Below are positions 26,655 through 39,440 of a DNA stretch of 64,000 nt, in pieces; the first letter of the stretch is position 1, and the number at the start of each line of letters is the position of its first letter. Made by a program: the position numbers and the translations under genes. The stretch comes from Azolla caroliniana (lineage: Eukaryota; Plantae; Polypodiophyta). The notes below the pieces were generated by a model. It was given only the letters and a program-made list of their open reading frames with translations. It ran no database searches and was not told the DNA's origin. The stretch is from NCBI GenBank assembly GCA_043228905.1, contig JBHGNT010000001.1:6944001-7008000 (forward strand), given 5' to 3'.

Positions 26655-28908
26655 TCAACACTGTGGTGCACTAGCCTCGTACATGTGGTGATTATCGACT
26701 TTTGTTATATTAGATTGACCTGAAGGGTCCATTGGTTCCGAATGTGAAGCTTGACTAGAGCTCCAGTGTGGGGACAGAAGAGAGAGAGCACAACCATAAT
26801 CTCGAACTTGATCAACCGAGCCAGTAACAGGCACAGTCTCAAAGCCTGAGAATATCTCTCCATGAGTTGCTGCTAATGGCAAACTCGATGGAGTCCTGGA
26901 ATAACTTGCCAGGATGTCATTGTTCATCAACATCGTTCTTGGATTTTGTTGACACGGTGGAAAATTATCATACGTTAACGGAGAGAAACCAGTTGCTCTT
27001 GGGCTTTGCTGATGTAGAGGAGGATAATTATCACATGGTAGTAGATCAAAAGCCTTTGCTGGAACTTGGTTTTTGTAGTCATAGACTGGCCTACCTTCGC
27101 ATTGATGCACGATACACTCTGGCCATGTGAAATCCCGATACACTTGCGACAATGATGCCGTCGTAGAGGAAAACTTTGGTTGATGCAAGAAAGACCATTC
27201 TATAGAAACATAGTGACAGAAGAAAGGGGTTATCTTCCAGAGGATGAAAAAAATCAACACATTTGCAAGTTAAAAGAATTAATATAACACAAGGAATGGA
27301 ACCTTGTAGGGAAGCTTGTAATCGTGATTGCATAGCCAATGGATCCGGTTGAGGTTTCCGACGACGCTCATTATGCCCAGCAAGCCTTCTCCGACAACTT
27401 CTCTTTGCATTATCAAACTCAGGTAATTGATGAAACCTGTTTGTAAGTCGATACCAGCATGTGTTAGAATCCATACACAATTGAAGTAATACAAATGCAA
27501 GGATGCGTAACAATACAGCATCATCACAATAGGATGGAACCCTTAAAAACAATCATTACAATTTTTTTAAAGAGTAAGATGCGTACAGCAATCAAGAGTG
27601 CATATGTCAATAGTGATATGATGGTTTCTCTACTCTCACGATTATTATAATTCATGCGATGATATAAGAACATCCTTTGAAGGTGTTGCTGTTAATGTCA
27701 TCACACAAATGGCTCTTGAACTCATAGTCAAAAGACTTCAGTTTGCAAATGATTTACTGGTTATTTAACCTTACTTCATGAGTTCATTTTTAACTACAAA
27801 CAATTTCACTGTCATGCAAGATTTTTGGGGATTGTGAGCTATCTAGATATTACATAGCCATGTATGTACTGTAGACAAATTAATATGCTAAAAAGAAGTG
27901 CAAATTTGTAAAAGATGCCGGTTTGCATAAAACACAATGTTTTTCTCAAATATATAAATATAAAAACAATTAATAAAACTTGATAGTGTTTAAATATTTA
28001 AAAACAGGTAAAAAAACTATATTTGGTCAATACGAACTTCAACTATACCTGCTGCATTGTTGGCAAAACCGTTGCTCAAGGCCAGCAACAATTACTTTTA
28101 CAGCTTTTGAATGTGCCTCACATACTTTATGCTTCCGATGATAAGCTTTGGCCGAAGTAAGATCAATCCCACATCCTTGAACTTGACATTTTGCTATTTT
28201 CGCTCCTGTCCTGGGTTTCTTTGATTCAATTGTGTCCATTTCTTGTGCTTTTTTGGTTTCCCGTGTTTTCGGGGAGCATTGTGAATACACCCTTTTACCC
28301 AATTGTAGCCCCGTAAGCGAATCACCAGAGCTACCCGAGTGTAAAGTGTTATTTGTACTATATTGCTCTTCGGTTAACATATCACCAAATGATACATTTT
28401 CAATGCCCTTATTTGGTTCCAAAAAGTTAAACTTTCCACATTCATTAGTAACCCTTGTTTGATTGCCATTATGAAAAAACCCATTTTGAAGATCAAATCC
28501 TCTATGATTACCCTCAATAAAGCCTTCCTTTTCAATACTGCGATAAGGCATAATGACTCCCCCATTTGTGAAGCATCCATTAACAATATGTACCTTTCCT
28601 TGTCCTATATTGACCATATCATTTTCAAGATCAATGGCATCAATAAAAACATTTGGTTTAGATTGAATTCCCTTATACCGAGGCCAATGGGTTGTTGAGC
28701 ATTCTATGGTTGACGGAATAATAGCAGACGATCTACCCAAGTCCAAGTCATTGCTTCCATGTGAGTAGATACCATGGGTGGGATAACTTCGAAAGGGCAT
28801 TGTTTCTCGTACTTGATCTTTCTTCGATATTCCATTCCTATGTCTTGATTGAAACTTTGGTGCTTCTTCCAACTCCCAGGAGGTTGAATTAGAATCCCAG
28901 CCAGCCAT
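26655..28908 (-). CDS. SPL: SQUAMOSA promoter-binding-like (SBP-box) transcription factor, ~512 aa
   Basis: Exons 28908-28049, 27436-27303 and 27199-26655 with GT-AG junctions in phase. Complete SBP domain CQVQGC...HKVCEAHSK...RFCQQCSR|[27 protein letters not shown], split by the conserved intron. Confidence 0.95.
26770..26797 (-). promoter_or_regulatory. miR156/157 and miR529 target site in the last SPL exon
   Basis: mRNA sense reads TGGTTGTGCTCTCTCTCTTCTGTCC, encoding GCALSLLS. Confidence 0.92.
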
Positions 28909-30316
28909 GCCGATAATGTAGTATCACACTTTAACTCACTGTCATACATGGAAAACAAATCTATTGTTAACATTCATCAGACAACAACAGCAACCATATT
29001 GAGGATTCGTGTGTATGATTCCTAGAAAAATTGCCGATAAGGACCTGACATTCCGAGCTTCTGTCAGTGAGACAAAGCATACCCACGTGAAATGGGCATA
29101 ATTTTGCAGGTAAGGTGGGCTAACTCCTATGCAAAGTGGGTACTATCTCCCACTTGGGAAGTGCACACATGTGGTAAAGAACTTATTATCCCCATGGAAA
29201 AGAGCCATAATCTTGAACATTGCACAGGAGACATGCAGGGGAAGTGGACTATTTCCCATGTAGAAGTGTTGAAAGTGACTCCTCCCCATACACAGCAGGT
29301 CCCTTTCAATGTGAAATGGGTCATTTCTAACGTGGGAAAGTGCGAACTTGCCAGATGAGAAAGAACCCACATTTCCACTAGGGATAAGAATTCACAGTGT
29401 TAAACATTGTAGGTGAAACACAAGAGATTGTAGGCCCTTTCCCCATGTTCCTCACATGGGAAACAGCTCAGTTTCCTAAAGCAGAGAGGAGGTTAGAATG
29501 TTGAAATTTGTACTATGTCGAAACAGAGGGAGGGAAAGGGGGCTAAAAATCCTATTTCCCAGGTAGGAAACATGGAAAATAGCTCAATCTGCTCGACCTC
29601 CCCTATAGAAGCCCATCATGGTAAAAAAACAGGGGGAAATCACGAGGGAAAATAGAATCTAGTGTTCAATATGCTAAGAAAGAAATTGGACTTTTTCTTC
29701 ATTATATTGACAAAATTAACAAAGACTCGCTTCTTCTCTGCATCTAAAGCTTGAGTAAGGCGACATAAATAACAAGATTTAAGGCTTGAAAATAATAATA
29801 ATAATCACAAATTTTGGCAGAAAAACAAATTTGAAGTCTGAAATAGATCCATAAATTGACAGAAAAAACCACTTGAAACTTTTGGATAAAAAGAAAACCA
29901 GAAAACAGAACAATTGAGGCAAAATTTTGAAGCTTAGTAAAAAGAAAACCAAACATTCGTGGAAAAACAATCTTCGAAGCTTGCGAGAAAAAACAAACCC
30001 TAAACTTCGCAGAAAAAGAAGACCTAAAAATACCTAGAGATTCAAGAAAATCCAATTTGAATCTTAGTTTTAAAATAAATAAATAAAAAGCTAAAATCAG
30101 TGAACCTTAGAACTCTTAATGATTTGTCACAGAATCTTTGGGCGATTAATTCAGTTCAGACACACACTCACTCACTCACTTACTCACACTTCTGAATAAA
30201 CCAGAAGACTAATTTAGTGATTTTGCAAGAAAAGGAAAAGTTCAAGGTACTGAATAACGGAGAAAGGAGAAGGGCGCACCTCAGAGAAGAAGCTCGGGAG
30301 CAGGAAAGCTCGATGA

Positions 30317-30372
30317 TGAAGAAGAAGAAGAAGAAGAAGAAGAAGAAGAAGAAGAGAAGGAAGAGGAGGAGG
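30317..30372. repeat. (GAA)n/(GAG)n microsatellite, probably in the SPL 5' UTR
   Basis: Direct GAA run. It is a CT-rich leader on -, upstream of a candidate donor AAG|GTTCAC near 30106. Confidence 0.75.
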
Positions 30373-33300
30373 AGGGTTTGAGGGATCGACGATGGATGGA
30401 TCATAAGGAACTTATGTAATAAGGAGAGAAAAGGAACGCAGAAACGCAAGAGAAAGGAAATACATATACATATAGAGAATTTAAAGCTGATTGTTCGTTT
30501 TTCCCTCTGCTTTTTGCTTTTTTCTGCGTTTTTCGCTTTTTTGCGTTTTCCGAGCTCTAACTGAACAATGAGCCCAAGTGTGTGTGTGTGTGTGTGCTTG
30601 CTTGCTAGTTAGCGTTCTGGTTGTGGGGCCATACCAATGTCTTCTTCACTTCAGTTGCCTGAACTTCGAGTAGTATCACTTCACTTTCAAGTGTTTGCTA
30701 CGTCTCTTTCGTACTCCTTCCTTCCCTCGCTCCGAGAGAGGGATCTCGAGACCATGTCTTGACTCTTGGTTTAGGGCTTAGGGTTTGCTCCATTTGCATT
30801 CGCGCATGTAAACTGTAATGTCTCGAGTCTCTTTGTTTCTATTCAACTTCGGCGACATGATTTTGCTCGCATTCATACATGCACATTGTAAACAAAGAGA
30901 GGGGTAATGTCATAGAGGAAGATGTTTAGTATCGTCTCTCTGTCGGCACGCTAAGCCTACGACTAATGTCCACGAGTGACTAACATACCTTTGTGGGACG
31001 TTCTTAGCGATCACAGTGTTATTGTATAAAACTCCATTGTGAAGTCGAATTGGAAACCTGTAACGCCCATAAAGAGGCCAACCTTCACCCACGGAACCTA
31101 AATACACCATCATTTTTGTCAAAGTCGATCTCCTTCCCCAAGAAGTGGTGTTCGTGCTTTTTTGGCACAAAAGTTTTTGTGTGAATAATGCACTCACACA
31201 AAGAGTTCGACCATGGCATCTAGGGTATCACACTCTCCTAAGATGTCTTCAAATGTCTCACAAATCACTACATGTCGAACATGTATAAAGCATAAAGCAA
31301 GTGATATTCATCCTCTACTAAATCTCTGTTGCATATGTCATCATACTTGATGTATTTTAATGCCATGATGCAACTCCAACATGTAGTTTGAAGTGCAAAG
31401 TAGTGTGGAGAGCTCTATGAGAATTAAGATTCATGGTTCTTGCATTATATCAAATCCAACCTTATTTTGATTTCTATTCCATCCAATAAAGTTTGTTAAG
31501 GCTTATGAACATTTGCCCCACAAATGCCCAATTGTGTATTGCATATTTTAGGAGTGCTCTAGAGGCTAGCAATAAGCTCCATTCATTCAAATGCAAATAA
31601 ATTCAATATACTAGTGGTATGTATATGGCTAAGTTCTAACGCCACATTACAAAGAGTAGTTGTGATAGTTTAATGTAGACATGAAATTTACACAAGCACT
31701 AAGAACATATGAATGACACATTATCGATGTGAACTTGCTAGACGTTTGAATCATGTTTAATCTACATACTCTGCCCATTTAATTCTCAAAAATGCATTAA
31801 TGCTACTTTAATAAGATGGCTTTGTAATACCTTGAAAGCATGTTTTTTGAGTGTCCAAAAATTAACACATGGTACATGTTAAAGTACAAAGTGAAAGCAT
31901 TGACTTTCCGATAGATAGTTTACACACATGTCACTATCATTGACACACACACACACACACACACACACATTTTTTTATGGATATAAAAACACAAACAACA
32001 TACATATTTGGCCAACAAATAAAGGCGGAGGACTACATTATGTGGAGTTTCCGATGATGGCATTTAGGTCAAGTGGTAAACTATGTGGTCTTATCTTATC
32101 AAAGGGCATGGAAACTAATAATAAATAGAACTCTCCAAGCTCGCTTTTCAAAGGGCATGGAAACTAATAGTAAAATAGAACTCTGCAAGCTCACTTTTCA
32201 CTCCCCATTGGTGGAAAACAATCAATCACACCACCTACATCTAGGCCATGATAACCAAGTAATGGCAATTCTTGTAATGATCATTGGCAAGTTGGCATCA
32301 TATCATAAGTGTGAGTGAACGGACTGTGACAACCCCTGCCATAGCATTGTACACCTTATCACAAGTGCAAGCAAAAGAATCACAAAATGTCACAAGTGAA
32401 TACAAACCATTTTATCGTTATTATAAGTTCCACATGCTTAAACTACAAAGACTATGACCATTTTTATAGCTGTGGTCTATTGGATTTTAAATACTAGCTC
32501 TAAAACCAAAGTTAAAATATTTGGATTCCAAGCATATTAGGAGACACATGTCACTTTTGCTATTACAATCTCACATGGAGATCTAAACTAGCATGAAGTT
32601 TCGTATTTTATACATGTTATGGGTACTTTATCATTACATTTCGTAGCAATACTATGATAAAGCTATACATTACTAGGTACCGCTCTTTCTTTTAAAACTA
32701 CAAAGTGGTATGACAAGAAAGAATATCTTTTAAATTAGCACGATAAAATATATTAACCATGTTTGTTGGTTCTTTTAGGAAATTATACATTTTCTAAAAA
32801 GTTTCGTTTCGAGAACTTTGGTTACATGGTATATTACCTAAGGACACATGGAAGGGATCTTTGCGTTAAGAAGCGGTCACCTTTATTAACATAGTTGGAA
32901 GAATACAATGGTACTGTTTTCAATGCCTAGGTTTCGGAATATGTTTTTGTAAGGACATATTTTAGAAGGCTGGAATTCAGGGGGCATCACCTCAGAACTA
33001 AAACCGTATATGCACTCTATATCACTTGTGGCATTACTCCCATTGTTAGAGACTCGAACCAACCCGAGTGAGATTGAAACTGATTATAAAACCTCACAAA
33101 GATCATCATATTTAGAATACGCAATTAGTAACAAAACATGGAGATTACTCAAGTTTTTGTAAGTAACACATTGTAAGGTCTAAGAAGAATATTATCGCTT
33201 GAATAAATATTATAGCTCTTGATCATTCCCATGGAGAGAGATATTGGAATTGAGAGTGACCATGAGACCATCTCCAAGGTCAAATGTCGTAAAAGGGGGA

Positions 33301-33534
33301 TAATGATAATAAAAACAATATGGTGAGGAGAAGCCCTAAGAATGGTGGGGATTATTGTTACCTCGTATTGCAATGAAGAAGTGTGAAGCCAATTTCAATT
33401 TGCCTAAATTTTTTAATGCATCTGAGTCAGTTTCTTGTTTTTTGAATCTACTTATCCCACATAAGAGCATTACACGCAACATAAAAAAGAAACAAAGCAA
33501 CACTAACATTGTTCAAGAATAGATGTTTTTTTTG

Positions 33535-35313
33535 CCAAGAAAAGATACAATATCAGTATAAAGAAATGCCCTAAGGTTGTACATGAAATATGTAGATATA
33601 GGTAATTACCTCCGTATTTTGACAAAGGTTATGTTCTAAGTTCTAATTATTAGCTTAAATAAATACTTTGGTGTAGACGACGATATATGTATCGATAATT
33701 TATTTTGGCAAAATTTTGAGAATGCACGACAATTTATTCATTCACACTGTTAAGGCATCCCATTTATGTTGTGACTTCGAAGTAAATAACGAATAGAAAA
33801 CCTTCATAGAGTACAAAAAATAATCGACATTCTTGTATAGTTTTGTATGGTCCCAACCATGCATGTTTTTAATGTAGAAATAATTGAGTTAATGCTTAAA
33901 ACTACGTCGTGAGTACGCATGATCATGATTAATTTAATGCGTGCAACATACAAGGAATATATGAAATAAATTTGATACTTATATTTGTATGAACACACGT
34001 ACAAATAATCAAGAACAATAACATTCCACCATTTTCTAATTGTGGATATGACACTAAGAGTAGGTGGATGCATGATCTTCTTACATTCAATATAAAACTA
34101 TGAGAGAGAGAGAGAGAGAGAACCATGCATTAATATCTTTTAAGAGACCAAAATGATCTATGAGACCAAATGTGTGTGTGAGTACAAATAAAAATTTGTT
34201 AGTGTAATAATCATCAGATCAACGATGATAGAGTTGCCACACAGTACAACCTTCTTATACGTTGTCAAAATGTGAATTTTGACAAGCATGTCATTTAAAA
34301 AGGATTGAACTCCATTTTGTAACAATTGTTAAATTTGAAAAACTATATTCAGAGAATAAAACCGGTTGGTTGCACTACAAGAATATGCACATATGATAGG
34401 AACATCTTAGAGAACTCTAAATGGATGGAAGTACCGTTATAGTCCTTCTTGTTGTTATTTTGTTCTCATTAATACTCACCAAGGGAGATACACCCTTTCA
34501 ATATATTTGATTCTATAGTTATTATCCAATTAATTGCCATCCAACTAGACATCACAATTTGAGATATTGTTTGATTCATGGGAATGATAACCAAAATAAG
34601 TAAACTATGTGAAGCAACCCGTTAGTGTATTTAGATAGTTGGAATAGCAAACATGCTTTAGAGAGATAGAAAGGGAGTCGTCATAGGTATATTGGAAAGA
34701 AGTTGAAAAGAATGCCACTCCATGCTTCCTTTAAAGACAAGTTTCTGTGTGGCAGGTAGTTGTCTAAGGTTTACCAATGGGAAAACCTTTACATACTTTA
34801 AAGTTCCTCGACCTCTTTGACATAAGTTACATCATATCCCTTTTTAGTAGGTCATCACTCTTGACATACTTTCCCCATAGATCGGAAATGTGGCATGATT
34901 GGTTTACCATATGTACATTCTAGTTTGATGGTCTGAGTGGTATTATTAAACCACATTTGCAAAATGATAGGTTTCTTTGTTGTGGTGATTTATGACTTTA
35001 TATACATGCACCATATCATCGCATGAGAATGATATTTGATATACACATTACGGTGATCCATCACATAAAGAATATCCATTTTGAATTTGATGTTATTGAT
35101 AATAGTTGGATTTCGAGATTTCCCTTACTAGTAGCGTGACCTTGTGTGTTTTTTCAATACCCATAGAGAGACCTTATTATCAACAACTCTAGAACCAAAA
35201 AAGAACATAGAAATGAATGTGCAGCCACAGACAAATGACCCATGCAACCAAAGGCAACATACAAATGATACATAGGATAAGGAGGGGTCAAAGAGGAAAA
35301 AGAACAAAAGTAG

Positions 35314-35359
<46 letters not shown>

Positions 35360-38225
35360 ATTTACTTCATAGAATATATTAAAGGGGTTTGTTAAAGATT
35401 CCATGGTAACACATGATAAAGTTGTTTGCAAATTGATGAGAATGAATGGTAGAGAGTAAAACGTTGATCAATTTTTTACATGTGAGGATATAATGACATT
35501 GATATTTTAAGATCCTTACGAAGCCATAAACATGACCAATGAGACTAAAAAAGAGTGTTACAAGAGAGCAACTTTGTTTGTGCAAAGGGTATGTGACCGT
35601 ATGGCCTCAAAGTGCTTTGTGTGTTTTATCAAGATCACTCTATGATTAAATATAGACCAAACATATGCGGCTCAAATATGTGGTCTTGGTGCTTGACTTG
35701 CAAAAGTTGTGTGAGATTCAAGGTTGGTGCATGATAAAATTGTTGGTGGGAAGCAATGTTGAATGGTCGTGAATGCATCATATTATATGATGAGATGTTG
35801 TTAATCCTCAAATCCCTTATAGAGCATTATGTGTTGGTGCAATTTATTCTAGTTAGTCCTCTCCAACCCCTAATCCAATTCAAGACCATGATGATTCGTG
35901 CATGGAAGGGTTATTATCCTTTGTATTTTAAAGTGACATACGGGTGAAATATGAATTGTTGATGCTTCTTATTGTTTCCTTGTAAGCATCATAACATGTT
36001 GGTTATATGTGAGAACAATAGTATTGCAATTTCTTATTATTGATATCCTTGTTCCAACTAGATGTGACTGTATCGATAAGACATGATGTGATGTTTTCCT
36101 TTAACATATAATTGATGGTTGTTCAAGTAGTGTTGCTACATTCCATCTCTTAAACCATTTGTGTGTTGGCTAGTCAGTCCAAGAAGGATCTCGTTTTTAT
36201 TTGTTCTCTTGATTTAGTTGCATGTTACTAACATATTGAGCTTGGATTAATAGGCAACCGACCTTCGTGTCCTTTACCTTGGCTACATAATTATGAGCCC
36301 TCATAAGACCTTTTAGTTCTTTGATTGCTTACAAATCTCGACCCAAGAGCAACATGTAAAACAATTTTCATATCGTCTTGATGTTTTTGCATTGAGAATG
36401 TTGTATACATTATCCTCAAGACTCTAGCCCATGTGAGAGCCACATGACTTGATTATTTTTTTCCACAATTTCAAATTCATTAAGCATACTAACCTTTGCC
36501 ATGTGTTCCTTTGAGTCCCTTCACTATAGTGTATATGAATTATTTGAAATCCATATAGCAACAATGAAGGGTTTCCCCCTTAGTTTGATTTTCATTTGTT
36601 ATGGCATGAGGGTAACCAAACATAGAGGTAGGTGCTGAATTGTGAAGAGATTGGAGGGTGTCTTTGCTGAATTTGGATTGTGTGAGGCTCTTGTTGAGGG
36701 GAGTCTGTCGAGTAATTTTGTGACGAGGTTTTGTTGCTTCATTTATACATGATGTTTTCTTGTAGCCATTTCAAAGTGGCTTGTAACATATGAGTTATAT
36801 ACTATCCTATGTACATTTTCATAACTAATGGAAGTAGAATTTTCTTGGAAAAAAAATAAAAATGGTATTGTCTACATGTACTTGGAAAGCTCAATTTTGT
36901 TTCCACTGTTATAGATGGCTTCAAAATTTACATCATTTTTTCAGGATACTGGCTCGATTAATCAAGATGCTTATACATTCTTGAGTGAAAGATCTAATCC
37001 ACTTGACACGGTCTATGTTTATGTGAATCATACCTCACTTTCTCATGGCTATGGTACTTGTTAACCTAGGTCAACATCCACTTGGTCGACATTTAACGTC
37101 GAGTCTACAATGATTGAGCTAATTTTTCTTCTTTGATATCTTCGCTTACCTTCCCCCTTAAATTGAGATCATGCATCCCATGGTGTTTGTTGTTGCGAGT
37201 GGGCGAGTTCTGTTAAAGATTCCATGGTGAAGTTTATGAAACTAATGGTGTATTAATTAAGCATATCCAAAACACACGCATTATGTTTTTGTTAATACTC
37301 AAATACCAAAGGTCCAAATCACACATGTTTTTTCAGCGGACGCATATGTACATAGATTTAAACATGGTCACCACATGTGCTAGGTATAGTATGGATACCA
37401 TACACATTCTACGTATTAATATGGGTTAAGTACGTCCCAAACTAAAAGTACTTTAAATACTTTTTTCATATTTGTCAAATACTTATAAAATATGTACATA
37501 TGTATAGTACATTTGCTTCATTCCATTTCCTGAAACAAAGTTACAATCTAAATCAATCACAATAATAACAATGGGTTTACCATTTTAGATAATAGTTCCT
37601 ACTATATTGCCCCTATTCCGTTTATGATATAGGTGACTCACTTTCGTAGTGGCATTTCAGATCTAGAATTAACCACACCTTTTTAAGAAGACCAACAACA
37701 ATTCCGGATTACCTAAAGAATAATAAGAGCAATTAATTTTGGATTCCACAAAAAATGTCGTAGAGAAACTTCATGTAGGTTCTATAATATAACCAAAGTA
37801 ACAAACATTCCAACATCATTTAGACATTAGAAAGAATTGCAAGGAGAACAAAATATTTATTATTAATACAAAATCATTGATAATACTTACCAAAGTGTCG
37901 TAGACTCTTCAACTTCAACATTAGCTACAAAGGATAAGCTTGTGTCAGACTCTTCACTTGTAGCCAAAAAGGACAAAAATGCATCAAACTCTTCAACTTT
38001 AGCTTTAGCTACAAAGGACAAAAAAGCAACCAAGGCATATGGGACAAAGGAATATTTTATAGGCAGTTTTTTGACAAGCTGGAGTAGTTTTACTCTACAC
38101 TGCAATATTTATTTAAGCTGAACATAACCTTGATAAAAAAATGAGGGTTATTACCTATATGTATGTATTTCATGTACAACCTTAGGGTGTTCCTTAATAC
38201 ATACTAATATAGTATCTTTTCTTGG
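33535..38225. mobile_element. Possible old long-TIR (Mutator/foldback-like) element defined by ~120-130 bp inverted repeats
   Basis: 33535-33667 is the reverse complement of 38105-38225 (core CCCTAAGGTTGTACATGAAATA / TATTTCATGTACAACCTTAGGG). No clear TSD and no transposase. Confidence 0.5.
35314..35358. repeat. (GT)n(GA)n compound microsatellite
   Basis: Direct sequence. Confidence 0.9.
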
Positions 38226-38802
38226 AAAGAAGAAGAAGAAGAAGGAACCAAGCCTTGAGTGAAAGTGAATGCCTACTTAGCATTCATTGTGTAGCTTTAA
38301 TTTGGTTTAAGTGTAACAAATAGAGGGAAAACGGGTAAGGAAATTTGCCAAGTAATGAAGATTTTCTAACATCGGTTGCATAGTTTGGGTGTTATCTTTT
38401 ATAAATCTTAGGTATGGGTCCAAGCAAAAAAGCGAACAATTTGGTAGAGTAACTTTAAGGTTTAGTATGCAAAGTACCATTTACGAGGTATGATACTTAC
38501 CTAAACTTTGAATACTCTAACGCAAACAACCTTGGGTCTCACAAAACACACATGGTAAAGGTCATTACAATTCGTGGGATAACATTACCGAGAAGCAAAT
38601 TCTCTTTTTTTAGCACATGAATACAATGTTCTTTTTTAACACACAAACAGAGAGAAAGAAAGAAGAAAGATATATTAACGTCTTCTAAGGCCAAAATTGG
38701 CCCATGAGACAAATGGTGTACAACAAAAATGGGATATTTACCCATTCATCGAAAGTAAAAATAAAAATAAGATAAAATAGAGTTTAAGCTAAATAGTTCT
38801 AA

Positions 38803-38804
<2 letters not shown>

Positions 38805-38847
<43 letters not shown>
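38805..38847. repeat. (GA)n microsatellite upstream of ALDH7
   Basis: Direct sequence. Confidence 0.9.
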
Positions 38848-38851
<4 letters not shown>

Positions 38852-39040
38852 TTTATTAAAATCAACATGTTATGAGATTGCTCGATTCACCTACACACAA
38901 ATGAAGGGATAAAGAATAACAACCAAACTCTAACAAGTCAACATGAAAAGATTTGTCGTGTATTTATTTATTTAGCCTTTCCTTTTTAAGAATCTCCACA
39001 CGTAAACATATATGTACATATGATATATGCTATTACTGTA

Positions 39041-39246
39041 CATAGTACGTAATATACTCGGATGCATCGGCAAACATTCCTTTTCATACGAATGCGTATG
39101 TTATCAAAACATTCGTATATGCTTTTTTTTTACACTTTTTACCTTATAATAATAATGAATACAAAAGTATGGTATTTACCATACTTGGAGGGAGTTTAAC
39201 ATACTCGAATGCGAATGCAGGTATGGTACGTATGGTTCATACTATA
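39041..39246 (-). mobile_element. hAT-type MITE, CATAG...CTATG family copy 2 (ALDH7 promoter)
   Basis: Starts CATAGTACGTAAT and ends GGTTCATACTATA. Reverse-complement homolog of 51645-51905. TSD not recognisable. Confidence 0.8.
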
Positions 39247-39440
39247 GTCTATGGATATATCCATATACATCTACATATATGTACCTATACGGTATACCAT
39301 ATGCAATATACGTATACGGTATAAGTATACGTATATACACGTATGTACGTATATAGTACGCAAAAGCAGGAGAAAACAGAGTTGCTCTGTTTTCTTGGTA
39401 ATCCAACAAACAAGCAGAGGGAGAGTGCAAGAGAGTTGCG

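Noticed and set aside
29045-29067. CTGACA...TGTCAG hairpin with TGACAGAAG resembling a miR156 fragment upstream of SPL
   Set aside because: Only 9 nt match and the stem is tiny. It is more simply a splice-acceptor context or chance.
35400-36800. Possible further LINE relic
   Set aside because: Too decayed to support with an identifiable motif.
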